Below are positions 25,877-32,000 of a DNA stretch of 32,000 nt, one piece after another. Origin of the DNA: Propionibacterium freudenreichii subsp. freudenreichii (lineage in GTDB: Bacteria > Actinomycetota > Actinomycetes > Propionibacteriales > Propionibacteriaceae); NCBI RefSeq assembly GCF_000940845.1, contig NZ_CP010341.1:2310001-2342000 (forward strand), read 5' to 3'. The notes beneath the pieces were generated by a model. That model ran no database searches and was not told the DNA's origin. It saw nothing but the letters and a program-made list of their open reading frames with translations. Each line of letters opens with the position of its first letter. Position 1 is the first letter of the stretch. The translations under genes and the position numbers were made by a program.

Positions 25877-25885
25877 GACTTCCCC

Positions 25886-25930
25886 TTGCGTTAGTCAGTT
25901 ACGTCAGTTGGTCAGTTGCGTTCGTCAGTT
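25886..25930. repeat. Cluster of four GTCAGTT heptamers, including a 15-bp direct repeat TTGCGTTnGTCAGTT x2
   Basis: The heptamers are at 25894, 25903, 25911 and 25924. The 15-mers are at 25886-25900 and 25916-25930. All lie in the 69-nt gap between the binding-protein and ATPase genes. Confidence 0.8.
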
Positions 25931-25945
25931 GCCCCGCTGCACCGC

Positions 25946-26806
25946 TCAGCTCTGCACCAGGTAGTCGCCGTCGAGCTTGGTGAGGCTCGTGTCGACGTTG
26001 TGGTCGGTGAAGATCTGGTCGAGCTTGCCGTTGCCGCGCAGGGTGGCGATGTCGTCGTCAAGCGCCTTGCCCAGGTCGGCGTTGTCCTTCGTGTACGGAA
26101 TGCCCACCTGTGCGGGCTTCACCGACGCGCCCACCTGGTCGTCCGGATTGGCGGTGGCCACCTGGAGTCCGGCGTCCTTGTTCTGGTCCGCCTGGAACTG
26201 CGCGGCAGGCACCGAGTCGATGCCCACGTCGATGCGTCCGGCCTTGAGGTCGGCGAACATCTCGACGTTCGACTTGTAGATCTTGAGCTTGTCGCCCATG
26301 AGCTTCTTCATGTCGTTCACCCACAGGTAGCCATCCACCGTGCCGACGTTGTGGGTGATCACGGTGGGGATGTCCTTCACGCCGTCCTTCGACACCAGGC
26401 CCATGCCGTCGACGTACATCGCCTTGCTGAGGCCCACCACCTCGGCACGGCTGGTGGTGCGGTAGTAGTCGCCGATCGCCACGTCGGCACGCTTGGACTG
26501 CACGGCCGGGATGGCGCCGCTGTAGTCAACCTGCAGGAAGTTCGTCGACAGGCACTCCATGGCGGCGATCTGGTTGATCACGTCCACGTCGATGCCCGAC
26601 TGGGTGTTGTCCTTCTTCGAGACGAAGGGGGCGAAGTCGGGGGCCGAGATGGTCAGCTTCTTCGAGCTGACGGTGTTGAAGGTGTGGGCCGGCTTGCAGT
26701 CGGACGCCACCTTCGCGCCGGAACCCGACGAGCCCGAACAGCCCGACAGCACCAGGGCGGTGGCGAGCGCACCAACACAGGCAATCCTGGACAATGAAAC
26801 AGACAT
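25946..26806 (-). CDS. ABC transporter substrate-binding lipoprotein (family 3, amino-acid type)
   Basis: AAGGAG precedes ATG 26806. Signal peptide and lipobox (ALVLSGCSGS). SBP_bac_3-like body. Confidence 0.85.
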   Translation of the reverse strand: MSVSLSRIACVGALATALVLSGCSGSSGSGAKVASDCKPAHTFNTVSSKKLTISAPDFAPFVSKKDNTQSGIDVDVINQIAAMECLSTNFLQVDYSGAIPAVQSKRADVAIGDYYRTTSRAEVVGLSKAMYVDGMGLVSKDGVKDIPTVITHNVGTVDGYLWVNDMKKLMGDKLKIYKSNVEMFADLKAGRIDVGIDSVPAAQFQADQNKDAGLQVATANPDDQVGASVKPAQVGIPYTKDNADLGKALDDDIATLRGNGKLDQIFTDHNVDTSLTKLDGDYLVQS

Positions 26807-26813
26807 GGTTATC

Positions 26814-26849
26814 TCCTTGCTGGAACGAATGGACATCCTTGCTGGAACA
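26814..26849. repeat. 13-bp direct repeat TCCTTGCTGGAAC x2 (23-bp period) spanning the binding-protein RBS
   Basis: The copies are at 26814-26826 and 26837-26849. On the coding (minus) strand each reads GTTCCAGCAAGGA, so the SD-like sequence is duplicated. Confidence 0.8.
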
Positions 26850-26872
26850 TGTTGACAACGACAGGCATCGTG

Positions 26873-27529
26873 CTATTCACGCAGGCTGAGGCGACGCTCA
26901 ACCCGGTTGGCCACCCAGGTGGCCGGAATGGTGATGATGGCGTAGATGATTCCGGCGAGCCCGAATATCTCCAGCGCCCGGAATGACGATGAACTGATGG
27001 AATATGCCTGGGCGGTGAGTTCGCTGACGGTAATGGAATATGCCAGCGAGGTGGCCTGGAATATCTGGATGGCCAGCCCCATCAACGACGGGATCGCCAC
27101 GCGCATCCCCTGGGGCACCACCACGAAGCGCAGCACGTCGGCGGTGGGCATCGCCAGCGCCAGGCCGGCCTCCCGGGTGCCCTCGCCCACCGAGACCAGC
27201 CCGCCGCGGATGTATTCGCCGGTGTAGCCGCCGGTGGTGAAGGCCAGGGCGATCACGGCGCACACCATGGCGGTGGGCGACCAGTGGATGGCCGGCAGGC
27301 CGAAGTAGACCACGTAGAGCATCACCAGGGCCGGCACGCCGCGTCCGACCTCCACCACGCCGATGCACAGCCAGCGCAGCGGGGCCAGTCGCGAGCCCAT
27401 GCCGATGGCGAGCAGCAGCCCGAAGGGCATGCCGATCACCAGGGCCAGTCCGGTGAGTTCCAGCGAGACCACCAGCCCGCCGAGCATCTGCGGGAGGTTG
27501 GCCCACCAGAAGCTGAATGTGTCGCTCAT
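26873..27529 (-). CDS. Amino-acid ABC transporter permease (HisM/GlnP type)
   Basis: 218 aa starting MSDTFSFWWANLPQ... The start overlaps the upstream stop (ATGA). The 446-aa track ORF is an out-of-frame over-extension across the neighbouring permease. Confidence 0.85.
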   Translation of the reverse strand: MSDTFSFWWANLPQMLGGLVVSLELTGLALVIGMPFGLLLAIGMGSRLAPLRWLCIGVVEVGRGVPALVMLYVVYFGLPAIHWSPTAMVCAVIALAFTTGGYTGEYIRGGLVSVGEGTREAGLALAMPTADVLRFVVVPQGMRVAIPSLMGLAIQIFQATSLAYSITVSELTAQAYSISSSSFRALEIFGLAGIIYAIITIPATWVANRVERRLSLRE

Positions 27530-28176
27530 CGTGCGCTCGCCTCCTGCTTGTGGGCTTCGATCCGCCGCGCCAACAGGCCCAGTGGCACCGAGATCACGAG
27601 GTAGATGAGCGCCGCCTCGAAGAACAGCAGCACGCCCTCCTTCGAGATCTTGGCGTAGCTGTTGGCCGTGTAGACCATCTCGGTGACGCCGATCACCGAG
27701 GCGATCGACGAGTCCTTGATGAGGCCGATCGAGTAGGTGGTGAGGCCGGGCTGCATGGCCCGCATCGCCTGGGGTGCCACCACCCGGGTGAACGACGTCC
27801 AGCCGCCCAGGCCCAGGGCGTTGGCGGCCTCGAACTGGCCCTTGCGCACCGCCAGCATCCCGCCGCGGAAGATCTCCGCCAGGTAGCCGGCGGTGATGAT
27901 GCCCAGGCCGATGATGGCCGCCGGGATCGGGTCGAGCATGATGCCCAGGTTGGGGAGCCCGAAGTAGATCATCAGCAGCCAGACGATCGGCGGGATGCCG
28001 CGCGCCAGGTCGACGATGAAGCCGGAGATACCCCGCACCACCATGAGGCGCGCCCGCCGGGCAAACATCAACGGAATTGCGAGGACAAATCCGAGTCCGA
28101 ATGCGCCGAGCGTGACGAGCGCCGTATATGGAACGGCCGCGATAATTGCGGTGAACCCTTCCATGGCATCTCCCAC
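27526..28176 (-). CDS. Amino-acid ABC transporter permease (HisQ/GlnP type)
   Basis: 216 aa, with an EAA-type loop (EAANALGLGGWTSFTRVVAPQA). The start may instead be the Met at 28164. Confidence 0.85.
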   Translation of the reverse strand: MGDAMEGFTAIIAAVPYTALVTLGAFGLGFVLAIPLMFARRARLMVVRGISGFIVDLARGIPPIVWLLMIYFGLPNLGIMLDPIPAAIIGLGIITAGYLAEIFRGGMLAVRKGQFEAANALGLGGWTSFTRVVAPQAMRAMQPGLTTYSIGLIKDSSIASVIGVTEMVYTANSYAKISKEGVLLFFEAALIYLVISVPLGLLARRIEAHKQEASAR

Positions 28177-28199
28177 CCGGTAGTCTGGCCAACTTCAAC

Positions 28200-28266
28200 T
28201 GATATGGTGACACTAACTTCGCGATGTTTCATTGGTATTTCATTGAATCGATATGAACTCGATATG
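28200..28266 (-). promoter_or_regulatory. AT-rich intergenic region with paired 8-bp direct repeats on an 11-bp period; candidate internal promoter/operator for the transporter genes
   Basis: TTTCATTG at 28227 and 28238. TCGATATG at 28248 and 28259, plus a partial tGATATG at 28200. The local GC content is far below the window average. Confidence 0.45.
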
Positions 28267-28280
28267 CGGTTACGAATGCG

Positions 28281-29327
28281 TTACGCGCCCACCGTCAGCA
28301 GGCACTTGATCGACTCGCGGCGGTCCATCAGCTCGTAGGCCCGGCCCACCCGATCCAGCGGCAGGGTGGCGGTGAACACCCGGCCGGGGTGCGAGCGGCC
28401 GGCCAGCACCTCGTCCATGAGCAGCGGCATGTACACCCGGGCGGGGCACATGCCGCCGGTCAGCGTGATGTTGTGCATGAACAGCCGTGCCGGGTCGATG
28501 CTCACCTGGTGCGGCAGGCCCACGTATGACACGGTGCCGCCGTCGCGCACCACGCCGAAGGCGGTGTCGAACGAGCCCTGGGTGCCGACGCACTCCACCA
28601 CGTGCGAGACCATCGCGCCGTGGGTGATGTCGGCCACCTGCTGCACCGCATCGGCGCCACGGACGCTGATGAACCGGTCGGCGCCCACCGTCAGGGCCAG
28701 CTGGCGGCGGTCGGGGTGGGCACTGCCGAGCACGATCACCTCGTCGGCGCCGGCGCGGCGCGCCGCCATCACGGCGCTCAGGCCCACCGCCCCGTCGCCG
28801 ATCACCACCACCGAGGAATAGGCGTCCAACCCGGCCTTGACCACGGCGTGGGTGCCGGTCGGATAGACGTCCGACAGGGTGAGCAGGTCGGCAAGCATCG
28901 ACTCGTCGGGTTCGTCACCGTCGCCGATCCTCACCAGGGTCGAGTCGGCGAAGGGCACCCGCACCAGTTCGCCCTGCCCGGCGTCGAGCACCTCGCGGCC
29001 CCAGAATCCGCCGTGGGTGCAGCTGGAGGTGAGCCCGGCACGGCAGTATTCACACTGCCCGTCGGAGTAGCGGAACGGCGCCACCACCCAGTCGCCGACG
29101 CGCACCTGGTCGGTGAGGGAGCCGGTGTCCACCACCTGGCCGAGGAATTCGTGGCCGATCCGGGCTCCGGGCGCCACCGAGGCCATGCCGCGGTAGGTCC
29201 ACAGGTCGGATCCGCAGACGGCTGCGGCGCGTACCGCCACGAGCGCGTCCATCGGGTCGGTGATCCGTGGCTCGGCGACCTCGCGCACTGCCACGTCGTG
29301 GGGTCCGTTGAAGACGACTGCATGCAT
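28281..29327 (-). CDS. Zn-dependent alcohol/aldehyde dehydrogenase (MDR superfamily)
   Basis: Catalytic-Zn motif CGSD...GHEFLGQVVDTG, structural lobe GQCEYCRAGLTSSC, NAD fold VVVIGDGAVG. Confidence 0.85.
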   Translation of the reverse strand: MHAVVFNGPHDVAVREVAEPRITDPMDALVAVRAAAVCGSDLWTYRGMASVAPGARIGHEFLGQVVDTGSLTDQVRVGDWVVAPFRYSDGQCEYCRAGLTSSCTHGGFWGREVLDAGQGELVRVPFADSTLVRIGDGDEPDESMLADLLTLSDVYPTGTHAVVKAGLDAYSSVVVIGDGAVGLSAVMAARRAGADEVIVLGSAHPDRRQLALTVGADRFISVRGADAVQQVADITHGAMVSHVVECVGTQGSFDTAFGVVRDGGTVSYVGLPHQVSIDPARLFMHNITLTGGMCPARVYMPLLMDEVLAGRSHPGRVFTATLPLDRVGRAYELMDRRESIKCLLTVGA

Positions 29328-29330
29328 GGG

Positions 29331-30410
29331 CTATCCGATCTCGAGTTCGGTGTTCACCAGGTTGGCGGGACGCTTGCCCGCCACGAGGCGCTGCACCAGT
29401 TGTTCCAGGGCGATGCGCTTGCCGTCGGCCAGCGATTCGGTGGAGATGAAGGCGGCGTGCGGGGTGATCACCACGTTGTCGAGCCCGAACAGCTCGGACC
29501 GTTCGTGGTCCTCGTCCTCGATCACGTCGATCGCGGCCCCGGCGATGCGTCGGTCACGCAGCGCGTCCACCAGGGCGGGCTCGTCGACCACGGCGCCACG
29601 GGCCGTGTTCACCAGGAAGGCGCTCGGCTTCATGAGCGCCAGTTCGCGGACGCCGATCAGGTGGTGGGTCGCCGCCATGAGCGGGGTGTGCAGCGAGACG
29701 ATGTCGCTGACCGCCAGCAACTCATCGAGCGTGTCCACCTTCTCGACGCCCCACTCGGCAAGGTATTCGGCGCTCTTGGTGGGCGCGAACACCACGATGC
29801 GCAGGCCCATTGCCTGCAGCATCGGCACCATGAGCTTCGGGATCGAGCCGAAGTAGACCAGTCCGATGGTGTTCCCGGTGATGCGGTGCGGCAGGCCGCC
29901 CAGCATCGGGTCCCAGCTGCCGGCCCGCACCGAGCGGTCGAGGAAGCTGATCTTGCGCACCAGGTCGATGATCATGCCCACCGTGTGCAGCGCCACGTCG
30001 GGTGAGCAGAATCCGGGGGCGTTCGTCACGGCCACCCCGTGGGCGGTGGCGGCATCGGGGTCGATGTTCGACGAGCCGATCGCCTGCACCGCCGCGATCT
30101 TCAGGTGGGGAAGTTGGTCGAGCACCGGATTGGTGACCTCGAAGTACTCCACCACCACGCCCTCGGCGTCGCCGACGGCCTTCACGAAGGTGTCGGGCCG
30201 GTTGTCGCCGGGCTTGGCGTCCACCAGGTCGATGCGGTCGGTCATGCCCCACTGCTCGAGCAGCGCGTGCTCGTAGTCGAGGTCACCGTCGATGTTGAAG
30301 TAGACCACCCGGGGGGTGCCGGTGGTCGGCTCGGCGACGCCCGGCGCCGTGGCTGCCGAGCTGGTGGCCCGCGCGGGGGCGGGCCGTCGGGCGTCCATCA
30401 GCTCGCTCAT
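29331..30410 (-). CDS. D-isomer-specific 2-hydroxyacid dehydrogenase family protein
   Basis: Contains GLVYFGSIP (NAD fold), LVNTARGAVVDE and ITPHAAF (catalytic His). ATG 30410 overlaps the aminotransferase stop (ATGA). Carries a ~30-aa A/P-rich N-terminal extension. Confidence 0.8.
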   Translation of the reverse strand: MSELMDARRPAPARATSSAATAPGVAEPTTGTPRVVYFNIDGDLDYEHALLEQWGMTDRIDLVDAKPGDNRPDTFVKAVGDAEGVVVEYFEVTNPVLDQLPHLKIAAVQAIGSSNIDPDAATAHGVAVTNAPGFCSPDVALHTVGMIIDLVRKISFLDRSVRAGSWDPMLGGLPHRITGNTIGLVYFGSIPKLMVPMLQAMGLRIVVFAPTKSAEYLAEWGVEKVDTLDELLAVSDIVSLHTPLMAATHHLIGVRELALMKPSAFLVNTARGAVVDEPALVDALRDRRIAGAAIDVIEDEDHERSELFGLDNVVITPHAAFISTESLADGKRIALEQLVQRLVAGKRPANLVNTELEIG

Positions 30411-31741
30411 GCCGCCACCGCCTGCTTCGTGGTGGCGCCGGAGGTGTGCCGGGGCGCTTCCCGTGCCGAGACGGTGGTCAGGGCCTGGTGCAGGATGTCG
30501 AGGCCCTCGTCGATGAGCTCGGTGGTGGTGTTGAGGGGCGTGGCGAAGCGCATGCCGTTGTGGCGCACCCCGCACGACAGGGTCATCAGGCCCTTGTCGA
30601 GGCAGATGGCCCGCACCTCCTCCAGCAGGTCACCGCCGGGGCGCCCGTCGACGTGGTTGAGCTCGATGGCGCGCATCAGGCCCAGGCCGCGGGCGTCGGT
30701 GACGATCGGGAACTCGTCCTTCAGCTCGTCGAGGCGGCCGGCCAGGTAGGAGCCGACGGCGTTGACGTTGTCGAGCAGGTGGGTCTCGGCGTAGACGTCG
30801 AGCACGGCGAGCCCGGCGGATGCCACCACCGGGTTGCCGCCGAAGGTGCCGCCATGGCGTCCCGGACCCCAGGCGGCCATGATCTCGGGGGTGGACACCA
30901 CGCCGCTGGCCGGCAGTCCACCGGCCATTGCCTTGCCGATGGTCATGATGTCGGGCACCACGTCGAAGTTCTCGGAGGCGAACATGCGCCCGGTGCGTCC
31001 GTAGCCGGCCTGGATCTCGTCGAAGATCAGCAGGATGCCGTTGTCGGTGCACAGCTGGCGCAGCGCCTTGACGAACCTGGTGGGCGGCACCACATAGCCG
31101 CCCTCGCCCTGCACCGGCTCCATGAGCACGGCGGCCACCGAATGGGGGTCGCGCACATAGGCGAACAGGTCGGTGAGCTGGCGCAGCGCCCAGTCGGCGA
31201 TCTGGTCGTCGGTGTAGCCCTCGGGTGACTGGTCGGCGCTGGGATAGGTCACCAGGTCGATGCCGGGAACCAGCGGGTCGTAGCCGGCGCGGTAGTGGGC
31301 GCTCGAGGCGGTCACCGAGGTGGCGGCGATCGTGCGTCCGTGGAAGGAGCCCTTGAAGGCGATGATGCCCGGACGCCCGGTGTACGCCTTGGCCAGCTTG
31401 AGGGCGCCGTCGGTGGCCTCGGCGCCGCCGTTGGAGAAGAAGGTGCTGCCCAGTTCGCCCGGTGCGATCTCGGCGATCCGCTTGGCCCACTTGAGGGTGG
31501 ACTCGTAGTTCACCACGTTGAACGAACAGGTGAGCAGTTTGCCGACCTGCTCGCGGATGGCCTCCACCACGCGCGGATGGCAATGGCCCAGCGCGTTCAC
31601 GGCGATGCCCTGCACCCAGTCGAGGTAGCGCCGTCCGCTCACGTCCCACACATAGGAACCCTCGCCGTGGTCGATCACCAGGTTGGTGGCCTTCGACAGC
31701 GCAGGGCTGAGGTACTGCTTGTAGTCCTCGTAGGTGATCAC
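30407..31741 (-). CDS. Class-III (omega/GabT-like) PLP-dependent aminotransferase
   Basis: GTG 31741 lies 5 nt after GAGGAGGA. Contains SNGGAEA, FDEIQAGYGRTG and the PLP-lysine context TIGKAMAGG. The track start at 31855 is an over-extension. Confidence 0.85.
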   Translation of the reverse strand: MITYEDYKQYLSPALSKATNLVIDHGEGSYVWDVSGRRYLDWVQGIAVNALGHCHPRVVEAIREQVGKLLTCSFNVVNYESTLKWAKRIAEIAPGELGSTFFSNGGAEATDGALKLAKAYTGRPGIIAFKGSFHGRTIAATSVTASSAHYRAGYDPLVPGIDLVTYPSADQSPEGYTDDQIADWALRQLTDLFAYVRDPHSVAAVLMEPVQGEGGYVVPPTRFVKALRQLCTDNGILLIFDEIQAGYGRTGRMFASENFDVVPDIMTIGKAMAGGLPASGVVSTPEIMAAWGPGRHGGTFGGNPVVASAGLAVLDVYAETHLLDNVNAVGSYLAGRLDELKDEFPIVTDARGLGLMRAIELNHVDGRPGGDLLEEVRAICLDKGLMTLSCGVRHNGMRFATPLNTTTELIDEGLDILHQALTTVSAREAPRHTSGATTKQAVAA

Positions 31742-31920
31742 ATCGTCCTCCTCGGGTCGTCGCTGCGGATTCCGTGGCCCGTCGGTTCGTGGCCTGTTCA
31801 ACCGGGGATCCGTACTGTTTGGCGCCAGCCTAGGAACGGTCCACGGCCCGTCCATGGGCCGTCTCGTACACTTTCTGGACGCGCATGGTCCCGTATGTAC
31901 CGCGCGCGTAGCCTGCTGCC

Positions 31921-32000
31921 ATGGCGATCACGGTGCGCGACCTGCTGGCGGCCCCCGAACTGCGCCTCGTGCTGCGCGAGCCCGGCGGCGAGGGTGCCCT
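31921..32000 (+). CDS. PucR/CdaR-like transcriptional regulator, N-terminal 26 codons only (continues beyond the window)
   Basis: MAITVRDLLAAPELRLVLREPGGEGA resembles the characteristic N-terminus of PucR-family regulators. It is divergent from the aminotransferase gene. Very little sequence is available. Confidence 0.4.
   Translation, partial: MAITVRDLLAAPELRLVLREPGGEGA

Noticed and set aside
26873-28213. 446-aa ORF suggesting a single large fused permease
   Set aside because: Its N-terminal half is an out-of-frame reading across the 27526-28176 permease gene and is Arg/Pro/Gly-rich. Two separate ~217-aa permeases with an ATGA overlap explain the sequence.
29331-30575. N-terminal extensions of the 2-hydroxyacid dehydrogenase (to 30575) and of the aminotransferase (to 31855)
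   Set aside because: The extensions are His/Arg/Pro-rich and overlap the upstream gene or its promoter region. Internal starts have coupling (ATGA at 30410) or a strong RBS (GAGGAGGA before GTG 31741).

Overview
High-GC (~68-70%) actinobacterial chromosome; the Propionibacteriaceae/Corynebacteriales affinity is a guess from composition and gene order, not a verified assignment. The window has three blocks. (1) 1-20.9 kb is a respiratory nitrate reductase plus molybdenum cofactor (Moco) supercluster: modA and a fused modBC (minus strand), two MogA/MoaB-family genes, mobA, moaA, narK, narGHJI, a winged-helix regulator whose frame runs without a stop into moaD, then moaE, moeB, moeA, moaC and a HIT-family gene. 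narG is split by a 1,427-bp ISL3-family insertion sequence with perfect 25-bp inverted repeats and an 8-bp target duplication; every other gene in the block looks intact. (2) 21.06-22.41 kb is a complete IS3-family element (orfA/orfB, 28-bp IRs, 3-bp duplication) sitting in a cluster of short degenerate repeats. (3) 22.66-31.74 kb (minus strand) is a 10-gene putative amino-compound catabolic/uptake cluster. It encodes a class-III aminotransferase, a D-2-hydroxyacid dehydrogenase, a Zn-ADH, a 4-component polar-amino-acid-type ABC importer, RidA, a DadA-like FAD oxidoreductase and an uncharacterised Asp/Glu-racemase-superfamily protein. A PucR-like regulator starts divergently at the right edge. 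The points most worth a second look are: the IS-inactivated narG; the regulator-MoaD continuous ORF; the dense in-frame 15/18/24-bp tandem repeats with a recurring His-Glu-Pro theme on NarG, NarJ and MoeA; a hairpin-containing ~46-bp repeat present in inverted copies on both sides of the nar/Moco block; an apparently Cys-less MoeB; periodic direct repeats in an AT-rich internal promoter region; and the unassigned substrate of the catabolic cluster. No rRNA, tRNA, CRISPR array or recognisable defence/toxin system was seen. All homology statements rest on my reading of the translated motifs; no database search was run.
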